Below, in pieces: positions 55,379-64,000 of a stretch of 64,000 nucleotides of DNA (its first letter is position 1; every line of letters starts with the position of its first letter). The position numbers were made by a program, and so were the translations under genes. The stretch is from an uncultured Clostridia bacterium (GTDB lineage Bacteria; Bacillota; Clostridia; Christensenellales; UBA1242), in NCBI GenBank assembly GCA_944381135.1, contig CALWJY010000015.1:227453-291452 (forward strand), in the 5' to 3' direction. The notes below the pieces were generated by a model that was not told the DNA's origin, ran no database searches, and was given only the letters and a program-made list of their open reading frames with translations.

Positions 55379-56776
55379 CTATCTATCCAAAGTTGGCCCA
55401 CCCAAATCTTTAGGCATAACCGAATTTTCAACATCTTTGCTAAATTCTTCAGAACTTGTGCTGTTCAAAACTTCATTGATGTTTTCCATTTCTGAATCGT
55501 TTTCCGCTGATTTCAATTCGTTGACTTGGCTCATAACATCCAAAATTGCGCTGTCAGGTGTTGAAATTGGTGGCAGATCTGGAACTGATTGTGGCTCTGG
55601 CTGTGGCGCAGGCTGAAGTTCCGGTTGCGGTGCTGGTTGTGGCACCGGTGCAACAGTTGGCTGCGGACCCATTGAAAGTTCTGGTGGCGCAAACTCAATG
55701 GCGTCATCGGGCCCCTCAAACTTGTCAGATTTGTATGAATATGAAAAAGGTTTTGGAGCCTTGGCTGGAGAACTCTTCTTCTTGACTGTCGGCTTTGTCT
55801 CAACTTTTTTCTGCTCTTGTTTTGGAATTTCAAATTTGGCTTCTTTCATGACAGATGGATATCTTTTGTTTTGGATGTTGTCAAGCGGTGTGCTGAATCC
55901 GTCAACAATTTTCTTTCCTTCTTCTGTGCTTAAAATCTCAGCAAAGAGGTTTTCTTTATTGATGAGATTGTTTAAAAGTTCCATTTGAAAAGTGAAGTTT
56001 TGTGAAAGGCTTGGGTCGGCTTTCAAAAATTTCTCCATACTGAGTTTAAAATCTGCCTTGACTTTTGCTCCGTTTTCTCCAAGTTTGTCCAAAAGGCTGA
56101 GCATGCGCAAAAAATAGAGTTGACTTAAAATTTCTGTAAGTTCGCGATAGAACAAAAATTCCTCGTTTTGCAAACGCAAATAGCGATTCACCGGGTCTTC
56201 TTTTTCCAATGGTGCGTCCACATAGACAACATTCCACTTTTGGCAAAGTTCATCACGGAATTCAAACTTATAAGGTTCAACAATTTCGGCAAGTTGAGTG
56301 ACATGCTTGATGTCCTCATCAATTCCCTGTTCAATTTCAATGATGAAAAGTTTTCCTGTGCAATAGGACTCCGAGATGTCCATTTCAATTTTGAAATTCA
56401 AAACAAAAGTGTCAAAAACTGTGGCGCAATAAAGCGTGTTGTCTTCAATGCGGTCAAACTTTTTTGGAAGCGCAATAAGTTTTTCTTTCATGTCGTCTGA
56501 AATTTCATATTTTTCGCCGTTGAAAGAACCAAGCAAGTTGTTTTTTTGTTTTCTCTGAACGCGCACCACCGCTTCAAATTTTTGCATAACTTGCTTTGCA
56601 TCCAAATTTGTCGCCTTGCTTGCAGAAATGCTTTGAGAATTGTCTGCAACGGCAAAATTCTTTTCTTTTCTTTCCTTTCTTCTTCTGCTCATGTGTTTAT
56701 TATACATCAATTCATCGACATTTGCAAGACTTCTTGCAAAAATAATTTTCCAGAAAAATCGGAAACTTTCGTTCAT
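55379..56776 (-). CDS. hypothetical protein with Pro/Gln-rich repeat (start may be 56692, MSRRRK...)
   Basis: 465-codon ORF. PQPTVAPVPQPAPQPELQPAPQPEPQ repeat near the C-terminus. No family recognised. Confidence 0.6.
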   Translation of the reverse strand: MNESFRFFWKIIFARSLANVDELMYNKHMSRRRKERKEKNFAVADNSQSISASKATNLDAKQVMQKFEAVVRVQRKQKNNLLGSFNGEKYEISDDMKEKLIALPKKFDRIEDNTLYCATVFDTFVLNFKIEMDISESYCTGKLFIIEIEQGIDEDIKHVTQLAEIVEPYKFEFRDELCQKWNVVYVDAPLEKEDPVNRYLRLQNEEFLFYRELTEILSQLYFLRMLSLLDKLGENGAKVKADFKLSMEKFLKADPSLSQNFTFQMELLNNLINKENLFAEILSTEEGKKIVDGFSTPLDNIQNKRYPSVMKEAKFEIPKQEQKKVETKPTVKKKSSPAKAPKPFSYSYKSDKFEGPDDAIEFAPPELSMGPQPTVAPVPQPAPQPELQPAPQPEPQSVPDLPPISTPDSAILDVMSQVNELKSAENDSEMENINEVLNSTSSEEFSKDVENSVMPKDLGGPTLDR

Positions 56777-56842
56777 TTATGTTTGATGTATTTCTCAATT
56801 TCGACATATGGCATCAAAGAATGCAAACTTTAAATACAGACT

Positions 56843-57154
56843 TCATTTTCTTAAAAAAGTGACGCAAAGAGGCTTTTCATTTATGTCGTTGAGCGTGATT
56901 CCGTTTGCCACACACTTGCCATCACAATTGAAAAGACAATGAGCATTGCAACCAATTCCAATTGTGGCAGAATCGCGCTGAGGAGCATATTTTGGCGGAT
57001 TGTCAGTGAACATCCACTTTGTTTTGTCCTCTGCAGGTTTGTTTGCCTTTTCAAATTTTGCGCACTCCAAATTTTTCTTAATCAAAATTTCTTTTGCCTT
57101 GCAAGTATATCTGTCGTTATATGCACAACTTGTTTTTCTGCAACGAATGTCCAT
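56843..57154 (-). CDS. DUF1540-like Cys-rich protein (two repeats)
   Basis: MDIRCRKTSCAYNDRYTCKAKEILI and IGCNAHCLFNCDGKCVANGITL match the C-x2-C-x-[YF]N-x4-C-x-A pattern. Start at the ATG at 57154 after GGAGAAGGAAA. Confidence 0.65.
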   Translation of the reverse strand: MDIRCRKTSCAYNDRYTCKAKEILIKKNLECAKFEKANKPAEDKTKWMFTDNPPKYAPQRDSATIGIGCNAHCLFNCDGKCVANGITLNDINEKPLCVTFLRK

Positions 57155-57417
57155 TTTCCTTCTCCTTTTTTTTATAGATTGTTCAAAACAAATCAAAAAA
57201 TCAAAATATTTGGCGTAAATTTGCAAAAAACACAGAAAATTTGCAAATTTTTGTTGTTTTATTGGAAAAAATTGACCAATTTTCAATTTCAGACTGTTCA
57301 CCTAAAACAACTCTCTCCAAAAACTTGATTTAATGTTGCCCTTTTTCTCAACAAATCAAACCACTTTTCTTGACAAAATGAGACGATTTGATGTAAACTC
57401 ATCTTAAGAGGTGAAAA

Positions 57418-57867
57418 ATGAAAGTCGTGCTTTTAAAAGATGTCAAAGGAACAGGGAAGAAAGGTGAAATCAAAAATGTTGCGGACGGATATGCCAACAA
57501 CTTTTTGATTAAAAATGGTTTTGCACGCGTGGCAGACAATTCTGCACTCAGCGAAAACAAAATGCAGAAAGATGCAAATGCATTCCACAAACAACAAGAA
57601 ATTTTGGCGGCAAAGGCACTGGCAAAAGAAATTGAAGGAAAAACTGTCACCCTTGCAATTAAGTGTGGGGAAAATGGAAAAACATTTGGCTCGGTCACTT
57701 CAAAAGAAATTGCTGAAGCACTTGAGAAAATTTCCATCAAACTTGACAAAAAGAAAATTGACCTTAAAGAGCCAATCAAAATGACAGGCTCATACATCGT
57801 TGTGGCAAAGGTCTATCCAGAAATTTCTGCCAAATTCACAGTTAATGTTGTTGCAGATAAATCTTAA
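57418..57867 (+). CDS. rplI: 50S ribosomal protein L9
   Basis: [36 protein letters not shown]. Confidence 0.95.
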   Translation: MKVVLLKDVKGTGKKGEIKNVADGYANNFLIKNGFARVADNSALSENKMQKDANAFHKQQEILAAKALAKEIEGKTVTLAIKCGENGKTFGSVTSKEIAEALEKISIKLDKKKIDLKEPIKMTGSYIVVAKVYPEISAKFTVNVVADKS

Positions 57868-57970
57868 AATTTGGCAAAAATGTAAAAAATAAAAACGTAT
57901 AAAAATATAATATATAAGCAAAACAATAAAACATAAAAATTTCGGATTTTTAAAATGAAAATCATAAAAA

Positions 57971-57993
57971 ATTGCTGTTTTTTTGACAGCAAT
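57971..57993. terminator. bidirectional terminator between rplI and the HAD gene
   Basis: ATTGCTGT-TTTTTTG-ACAGCAAT flanked by A- and T-runs. Confidence 0.7.
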
Positions 57994-58012
57994 TTTATTT
58001 TTTATTTGAAAT

Positions 58013-58615
58013 TTAATTTAAAACTTGTTTGCTTTTCATAAACTTTATTTTGTCATAAACGTCAAACCAAGAAAAACACCTTATGATGTTTTCGCCCTCG
58101 CACTTTGCGTTATATCTTGCGTCAAAACAAATCACAGGAATATGTTTTGAAATGTCAAGAATGTTTCTTGGACAATCATCAATCATCACATCAATTTTGT
58201 TTTCAAGGCAGGCAGAAACCTTGTCTTTTCCCGTCCAAACAATTTTGTTATATGGAATTTTCCATTTTTTCAGCCAATTTTCAACAATCTTTTTCATCTT
58301 TTCAGGCGAAATGTCGCAATATGACAAATCACTTGTGCGTGCTGTGACAATGTAAATTTCATGACCAAGATTTTTAAGTTTAAAAAGAACCTCTCCGGCA
58401 AAATCACGCGCAGGATATTTCACAAATTCATAAATCGCCTTGCCCCAAAATTCATTATCTTCTTTCTTATCACCACAGAACATCTCAACACTATCATAAC
58501 CCTGAGGGTTGTCCAAATGTCTGTTTGTGTTTTCAATATAAAATTTACTTCCATAATCAATTTCAAATTGTCCGACATTGTTCAAAACGCCATCCACATC
58601 AACACCAATTCTCAT
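58013..58615 (-). CDS. HAD-superfamily 5'(3')-deoxyribonucleotidase-like phosphatase
   Basis: MRIGVDVDGVLNN (DxDGV motif I), IVTAR, MIDDCP motif. Confidence 0.7.
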   Translation of the reverse strand: MRIGVDVDGVLNNVGQFEIDYGSKFYIENTNRHLDNPQGYDSVEMFCGDKKEDNEFWGKAIYEFVKYPARDFAGEVLFKLKNLGHEIYIVTARTSDLSYCDISPEKMKKIVENWLKKWKIPYNKIVWTGKDKVSACLENKIDVMIDDCPRNILDISKHIPVICFDARYNAKCEGENIIRCFSWFDVYDKIKFMKSKQVLN

Positions 58616-58753
58616 TTAAAACCTCCTTTAAAAAAATTATTCACCACTGCCTCTTGTCCGAGTCCAAAATTTGAAAAACAGCAATTTTGTGGCAATTTTT
58701 GTGAAAAATGCTTAATTTGGGCTGATTTTTTTGAAAAAAACATAAAAATTAAG

Positions 58754-58960
58754 TCATTTTCGAAATCTATCATGTCTTTTTTGAAAATTATATCTTGAAT
58801 TAATCAGAGTTGTCAGCGAACAAGAAATTTGGTTGACAAGCGCACGTAAATCTTCAAGTTCGTCCAAATCCAAATCTTTGGCAAGTTCCATGGCAATTGA
58901 TGTGGCAAAAAGCACCATCTTTTCTTCTCTTTGTGACATGGTTTTATATATGCCCATCAC
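58754..58960 (-). CDS. small hypothetical protein
   Basis: 68-codon ORF with a helical, acidic product (ELAKDLDLDELEDLRALVNQI). No family recognised with confidence. Confidence 0.4.
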   Translation of the reverse strand: MMGIYKTMSQREEKMVLFATSIAMELAKDLDLDELEDLRALVNQISCSLTTLINSRYNFQKRHDRFRK

Positions 58961-59049
58961 TCAAGTTTTTGTGTGAAATGCAACATTATGCAAAATAAAA
59001 ATTTTTGAATTTTAATTCCATTTTACATTCATCTAAAGCCACTCTGTTT

Positions 59050-59766
59050 TTACTTAAAGTTCAAAACCTCCATGCAGTCTGGAATGTGCAATTCTTCTTT
59101 CAAATTTTCAACCGAAAAATCTGGAACATGAATGGAATGAAACTCTTTGCCAAAAAACTTCTTTTGAAGAGACAAAACTTCATCAACATTCATGTGAGAT
59201 TTGTGCTTGTTATGCACCGCCGTTGTGTCAATGAAAATGACATCACTTCGTTCAATCAAATCAAGCACACCTTGGCACAAAATGCTGTCTCCTGTGAAAC
59301 CAATTGTCTTCTCATCACCTTTTCGCTTGATTGCATATGCCAAACTGTGCGGAACATTATGCTCTGTCTTGAAAGTTTCAATTTCATATTCATCAAGTTC
59401 AATTTTTGCGCCAGGTTTCAACTCAACAAACTCAAAAATCTTCAAAATTTTCTTTTTGTCTCTCTTCAAATCAAGCGCCTTGCAAAGCATGACAAGATGT
59501 TTTAAAGCGGTTTTTGGTGCAACAACCTTGACTCTGTATGGCAAGTCTAATCTTTTGAAAATGTCATAGAAAAGATGAAGGTCGGCAAAATGGTCGGAAT
59601 GAAAATGTGTTATGAAGATGTGTTTAATTTTCGAAAAATCAACCTTGCCAAACATAAATTTTGTGCAAGATTGTGGCACATCCAAAAGCGTCTCATCATC
59701 AATCAAAAAACTTGTGTTTGGACGCGTAAGCCATGAAAAACCATTTCCAATCACTTTAACCTTCAT
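59050..59766 (-). CDS. metallo-beta-lactamase-fold hydrolase (RNase Z-like)
   Basis: ITHFHSDHFADL (HxHxDH). Start at the ATG at 59766 after AAGGGGAG. An alternative ATG lies at 59784. Confidence 0.8.
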   Translation of the reverse strand: MKVKVIGNGFSWLTRPNTSFLIDDETLLDVPQSCTKFMFGKVDFSKIKHIFITHFHSDHFADLHLFYDIFKRLDLPYRVKVVAPKTALKHLVMLCKALDLKRDKKKILKIFEFVELKPGAKIELDEYEIETFKTEHNVPHSLAYAIKRKGDEKTIGFTGDSILCQGVLDLIERSDVIFIDTTAVHNKHKSHMNVDEVLSLQKKFFGKEFHSIHVPDFSVENLKEELHIPDCMEVLNFK

Positions 59767-59873
59767 TTTGCTCCCCTTTGGCATCCAGATTCTTTCTCTG
59801 CGTTTTTAAGATTTTCAACAAATTCGTCAAGTTCTTCCTCGGTGGTGCGGAAATTTGTCATCAACCTGACTGT
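59763..59873 (-). pseudogene. relic of the C-terminus of a class V aminotransferase / cysteine desulfurase (sufS-like)
   Basis: The frame reads TVRLMTNFRTTEEELDEFVENLKNAEKE. Compare the SufS/NifS C-terminal pattern (T)VR.S....NT.EEID.LVEAL.K. Only AT-rich low complexity lies upstream. Confidence 0.45.
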
Positions 59874-59967
59874 TTTCTTTGTTTTTTGAATTTTTATTTT
59901 GTTTTTTGAATTTTTTAATTTTTAATTTTTAATTTTCCCTCAAACAATTTGTTGTTTTTTGAAGGAT

Positions 59968-60894
59968 CTATTTCAAGAAACCTTTTATAATTTCCGCCTG
60001 CGCTTCCTCTTCAGAAAGCCCCAAGGTTTGAAGTTTGACAATTTGGTCTCCTGCAATCTTTCCAATTGCCGCTTCATGCACAAGTGTGGCATTTATGTTT
60101 TCTGCCACAATTTTTGGCGTCGATTCAATCACCCCGTTGTCCAAAATGATTCCATCGCATTCCACATGCCCAAAACATTCATTCTGTCCCTTGATGTTGG
60201 AGATGAATTTTTGCTTAGATTTGCCTTTTGCAACGCTTCGGCTTATCACCTCAACGCTGGAATTTTTGCCTTTAAGTGTGACATTGAAAAGTGTTTTTGC
60301 TGTTTGTTTTTCGTCTGTCAACACCTTTTCCTTTATGACAAGTTTTGCATCATCCATCAAAACAGCCGTGGTCTTTCGATCGGAATACGAAACGCCACCA
60401 AGTTGAATTGTCTCCATTTCAAAATTGCTTCCATTTTCCATTTCAATCACAGTGGTTGGATTTAAAATTTTTTCACCCTTTCCGCTTCCGATGCCAAGAT
60501 GCTTTTCGATATATCTCACCTTGCACCCATCTGCCAAGTGAAAAGTGTGAATGCCGTCATGTTGACTTTTTGCGTCGCCTGCGTTGTGGATGCCACAGCC
60601 TGCAACAATCAAAACATCCGCATTTTTGCCAATGTAGAAATCATTATACACAAGGTCAGAAAGCCCCGAAACTGTGATGATGACAGGAATATGCACACTC
60701 CTGTTTTTGACGCCTTCTGCCACAATGATGTCAATTCCGCTTTTGTCTTTTTTGGAGACAATTTGAATTTCTTTTGTGGAATTGCGCTCCACGCTTTCGC
60801 CATTTTTTCTTATGTTGAAACTGCCTTGCGGAACTGAGTGCAAATCGGCAACTTGTCCAAGAAGTTCTTTGTCAATTTTCGCGATTTCGCTCAT
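59968..60894 (-). CDS. SufB/SufD-family Fe-S cluster assembly protein
   Basis: Beta-helix-type repeats, C-terminal HEAAIGKI...EEAQAEIIKGFL. ATGA overlap with the sufC stop. Confidence 0.85.
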   Translation of the reverse strand: MSEIAKIDKELLGQVADLHSVPQGSFNIRKNGESVERNSTKEIQIVSKKDKSGIDIIVAEGVKNRSVHIPVIITVSGLSDLVYNDFYIGKNADVLIVAGCGIHNAGDAKSQHDGIHTFHLADGCKVRYIEKHLGIGSGKGEKILNPTTVIEMENGSNFEMETIQLGGVSYSDRKTTAVLMDDAKLVIKEKVLTDEKQTAKTLFNVTLKGKNSSVEVISRSVAKGKSKQKFISNIKGQNECFGHVECDGIILDNGVIESTPKIVAENINATLVHEAAIGKIAGDQIVKLQTLGLSEEEAQAEIIKGFLK

Positions 60895-61610
60895 ATGATT
60901 TGCCCTCCCAATTTTCGACATTTTGGACTGTCCAAAAGTGGCAAAATGTCCTTTCGTCTGCCAAGAATTGCATCTTTTTTCGTGTCCAAAAGCAGAATAT
61001 AGTCCGCACTTTCCAAAAGTTTGCGCTGGTGGCTGACAATGATGACCGTCTTGTTTTTGAGTTCTTTGAAAAGCCCAACAAGCGCATCAAAACTCCAAAG
61101 GTCGATGCCTGCTTCCGGCTCGTCAAAAAGCATGACATCTCCGCCTTTGGCAAGCGCAATTGCAAGTTCGATGCGTTTCAACTCTCCGCCCGACAGACTG
61201 TCGTCAAGTTCGCGGTCAACATAGTCCTTTGCACAAAGTCCGACCTTTGCCAAAAATTCACACGCATCCACCACCGAATTTTTGCTTTTGCTTGCAAGGT
61301 TCAATAGGTCTCGCACTGTCAACCCCTTAAACCTCACAGGATTTTGAAAAGCAACCGTTATGCCCATTTTTGCACGCTGGTCAATTGACATTTCATTCAG
61401 ATTTTTGCCGTCAAGCAAAATTTCGCCTGATGTCGCCCTCAAAACACCCATCAAAAGTTTGATCATCGTGGACTTTCCGCTTCCGTTGTGACCCGTGATG
61501 ACTGTCACTTTATTTTTTGGAAAAACAACATTGATGTTTTTCAAAATTTCTTTATTTTTTCCCGTGTCCTTATCAAAAACACTGTAGGAAACATTTTTCA
61601 GTTCAATCAT
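60891..61610 (-). CDS. sufC: SufC-type ABC ATPase
   Basis: GHNGSGKST Walker A, LSGGELKR signature, LFDEPEAGIDL Walker B. Confidence 0.9.
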   Translation of the reverse strand: MIELKNVSYSVFDKDTGKNKEILKNINVVFPKNKVTVITGHNGSGKSTMIKLLMGVLRATSGEILLDGKNLNEMSIDQRAKMGITVAFQNPVRFKGLTVRDLLNLASKSKNSVVDACEFLAKVGLCAKDYVDRELDDSLSGGELKRIELAIALAKGGDVMLFDEPEAGIDLWSFDALVGLFKELKNKTVIIVSHQRKLLESADYILLLDTKKDAILGRRKDILPLLDSPKCRKLGGQII

Positions 61611-61845
61611 TTTTTCTCCTTGTTTTTTCTCGTCATAAAATTTTTTAAGTTTTAATGAATTTGTCGCTCAGATTTTCAATTTTTTTCTTGATTTAAAATG
61701 CCCAATTTAAAGCGAATTGATGAAAAAATTTTCAACCTAAACACAAACATAAAACCAAAAATCAACATTTTCAAAGATAAGTTTAGCATTTTTGCTTGTT
61801 TAAGTCAAAAACATTTGGATTGTTTCCGTTTTTTGTTTAGAAAAT

Positions 61846-61874
61846 TTGACCAAAAATTTTCGCTGTGATATACT
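61846..61874 (+). promoter_or_regulatory. sigma-A promoter with extended -10, only 6 nt from the ATG (leaderless candidate)
   Basis: TTGACC (61846-61851), 17 nt, TGaTATACT (-10 at 61869-61874), then TTTTGC and the ATG at 61881. No SD. Confidence 0.55.
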
Positions 61875-61880
61875 TTTTGC

Positions 61881-62819
61881 ATGAAATACTTTAAAAATAA
61901 CCTTGAAATTGCAAAATTTTTGCTTCAAATTGAGAAAAAAGCGTATAGCACTGTCAAAAAACTTAAAATTGATGTCGAGGACAAAAAATCTGACACCAAA
62001 AAGTTTGACCTTGTGACAAACTATGACAAAACCATTGAAAAATTGGCAATTGCAGAACTTGGCAAGGCTTTTGACAATCCGAAAATTGTCAGCGAGGAAT
62101 TTAACGACAAGGTGGAAGCCAAAGGGACATATTTTGTCATTGACCCAATTGACGGCACATTGAACTTTGCCAATGGCATAGACTTGTGGGGCATCCAAAT
62201 GGCATATGTTGTGAATGATGAAATTGTGGCAAGTGCAATTTTCAACCCAAAATATGGCGAATATTATGCCGGCAAAGGCATGGGGGCTTTTCGAAATGGA
62301 AAAAGATTTTTCACCGAAAAGAAACCACTTCATCACCTCTTGTTCAACCTTGGTGTGAAACCGACACCTTTCATGAAAATTTTGCCAGCACTTAAAGACA
62401 TTTGCTTGGAAGTGAGAGCATTTGGCGTGGCATCAACGGGTTTGGTTTTTGTGGCTGAAGGCAAACTTGGTGTTTATGTGATGGAAACCAATGCTCATCC
62501 TTGGGACTCTTTTCCTGGTTTTTTGCTTGGAACAGAAGCAGGTTGCGTTCTTGGAACTGCTGCAGGATTCAATGTTATGGCAAACAACGAAGAGGCTTTG
62601 AAAACCATTTGTGCTTCCATTGAAAACACAATTGAAAAACAAGACACATCTTCACAAACTAAGAAAACCAAAAATGCAAAAACTGCAAAAGTTGAAAAAG
62701 AAAAACCAATGGCAAAAACAAACACAGAAAAGAAAATCATCAAAACAACAACAAAAACATCATCCACAAAAAAAGAAAAAAATCAGAAGAAAACCGAAAC
62801 CAAAAACAGCAAAAATTGA
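61881..62819 (+). CDS. inositol monophosphatase-family protein with ~65-aa Lys/Thr-rich C-terminal extension
   Basis: DLVTNYDK, IDPIDGT, WDSFPG motifs. Tail is KQDTSSQTKKTKNAKTAKVEKEK...KKTETKNSKN. Confidence 0.85.
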   Translation: MKYFKNNLEIAKFLLQIEKKAYSTVKKLKIDVEDKKSDTKKFDLVTNYDKTIEKLAIAELGKAFDNPKIVSEEFNDKVEAKGTYFVIDPIDGTLNFANGIDLWGIQMAYVVNDEIVASAIFNPKYGEYYAGKGMGAFRNGKRFFTEKKPLHHLLFNLGVKPTPFMKILPALKDICLEVRAFGVASTGLVFVAEGKLGVYVMETNAHPWDSFPGFLLGTEAGCVLGTAAGFNVMANNEEALKTICASIENTIEKQDTSSQTKKTKNAKTAKVEKEKPMAKTNTEKKIIKTTTKTSSTKKEKNQKKTETKNSKN

Positions 62820-62848
62820 AAAAACATGTGAAATCACATGTTTTTTCT
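62819..62848. terminator. bidirectional rho-independent terminator
   Basis: A-run, ACATGTG-AAAT-CACATGT, then T6. Confidence 0.75.
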
Positions 62849-62907
62849 TAAATTAAACGCGATTTTTGTTTTGTATAAAACTCTGTATCAGAAAATCAAA
62901 GGAAACA

Positions 62908-64000
62908 TTAAAAGGTGTTGCCATATCTTTTAATCACTTTTTCAAATGGAAGTCTTTTGAAATCTCTCATAAAAAACCACCTTTCCGGATTTTTCTTTGT
63001 CGAGCGCTTAATCATCGGATTTTTTCGAATTGCCTTTTTGAAATCCACCTCGCAAAAACTGATTTTGTCTTTGATTTTGTCAAAAAGTTCCTCTCCTTTC
63101 TTTGAATGCACCAGCACCAAAGAAATTCCTTTGCCGTCATTCATTTGAGGGACAACGCCCTTTGCTCCCCAAAAGTCCGCCAAAGTTATGTCACATGGGC
63201 GCGCTTCATCTTTAAACGCACACTTATGGCAAGAAGGTCTCAAGCACTTGTTGAAGAAAAACAATTTCATCATTGGGTCTTTGTGATTTGGGGTTTTGAG
63301 GTATTCAACACCATTTGAGAATGTCATTGAAAAAGAAGCTTTCTTCGTTCCGTCCAATTTCTTCCTGAAAGAGACGCTGGTTGTTTTTGCGTTTGCAATT
63401 TTCTCTCGATATGCAACATATTCTTTCCAAACTTTTGGTGATGGCACGCCGTGACAAATCAAATCTTGCGTGACGAGATTTTCCAAATTCCTCCCCCCGC
63501 AGAATTTGAGAAGTCCAGCAATCTGACAAGGTGTGCCTGTGAAAAGCACTTTTCTGCCCTCATTCAAAAATTTCCTCGCCTGCTTGAATGTGTCACCAAT
63601 TCGGCTTTGGACATATTTTGAAACGCGAAGTTTGTCCAAATCTTCTTTCTTCTCAACTGTCATGTGCACAACTTCAAAATTTTCGTTGAAACCAGCACCA
63701 AAAACAACTCCACCTTGCTCCAAAATTTCTTCTGCAAGCAAAGTGAAAATTCCTCCAGACGAACTTTTCATGCGCGCATCCAAATTGTTGTTTGTTGCAC
63801 CATATGCTTTTGGAATTTTTGCTTCAACTTTTTTCTTATTCAAAATTGGACAAATTTTCTCGCAAAGTCCACAGTTTATGCACCTTTCTTTGTCCACTTT
63901 GGGATACAGAAACCCCTCATCATCACTCACCATTTCAATGCAATTTTTGGGGCATATGTTTGCACACGCATGGCAACCACTGCACCTGCGCTTGTCTTTG
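62908..64000 (-). CDS. 2x[4Fe-4S] ferredoxin domain fused to a coenzyme F420 hydrogenase/dehydrogenase beta-subunit-like C-terminal domain (5' end outside window)
   Basis: The frame stays open upstream of the listed M to the window end. It reads KDKRRCSGCHACANICPKNCIEMVSDDEGFLYPKVDKERCINCGLCEKICP. Confidence 0.75.
   Translation of the reverse strand, partial: KDKRRCSGCHACANICPKNCIEMVSDDEGFLYPKVDKERCINCGLCEKICPILNKKKVEAKIPKAYGATNNNLDARMKSSSGGIFTLLAEEILEQGGVVFGAGFNENFEVVHMTVEKKEDLDKLRVSKYVQSRIGDTFKQARKFLNEGRKVLFTGTPCQIAGLLKFCGGRNLENLVTQDLICHGVPSPKVWKEYVAYREKIANAKTTSVSFRKKLDGTKKASFSMTFSNGVEYLKTPNHKDPMMKLFFFNKCLRPSCHKCAFKDEARPCDITLADFWGAKGVVPQMNDGKGISLVLVHSKKGEELFDKIKDKISFCEVDFKKAIRKNPMIKRSTKKNPERWFFMRDFKRLPFEKVIKRYGNTF

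Noticed and set aside
57385-57393. ATGTAAACT match to the right arm of the Firmicute dif site.
   Set aside because: Only 9 nt match and the left arm and central region do not. The sequence overlaps the putative rplI promoter region.
61800-62336. 178-aa minus-strand ORF overlapping the IMPase gene, and 57399-57797 overlapping rplI.
   Set aside because: Both are antisense to well-supported genes, have hydrophobic junk composition, and lack translation signals.

Overview
This is an AT-rich chromosomal core region that looks Firmicutes-like and uses the standard genetic code. About 90% of genes lie on the minus strand. The main blocks are listed below.

- **Ribosomal super-operon (18.4-34.3 kb):** a complete S10-spc-alpha operon runs rpsJ to rplQ. 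It includes secY, adk, map, a KOW protein, infA, rpmJ and rpoA.
- **rpmG cluster (38.9-41.8 kb):** rpmG-secE-nusG-rplK-rplA.
- **Replication and recombination genes:** dnaE and whiA; dnaX-ybaB-HD-recR.
- **Central metabolism:** tkt, pfkA, tpiA and pgk.
- **Other housekeeping genes:** murB, dtd, argS, dusB, hup, rplI, a sufC-sufBD pair and an IMPase-family gene.
- **Accessory or unknown genes:** a DUF2207 membrane protein, a DUF5050-like lipoprotein, an orphan HicB-like gene, and several proteins with no recognised family.

No rRNA, tRNA, CRISPR array, IS element or prophage was seen.

The most interesting observations are:
1. dnaX is split at an A9 run, so a -1 shift is needed to make full-length tau. 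This is the inverse of the E. coli arrangement.
2. Three to four tandem ~105-bp units, each ending in a terminator hairpin, lie downstream of hup.
3. A family of short GC-rich palindromic modules sits directly against stop codons, and a GTCATTCTGAG-type repeat cluster lies nearby.
4. A hairpin-dense ~750-bp spacer lies upstream of the S10 operon. It contains a perfect consensus promoter and a ~260-nt leader.
5. L24, SecE and the IMPase each carry a Lys-rich low-complexity extension, and L24 also has a Cys4 motif.
6. A relic of the sufS C-terminus sits next to sufC-sufBD.
7. A P-loop-less shikimate-kinase homologue is translationally coupled to tkt.

All family assignments come from motif recognition by eye. 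No database search was run.
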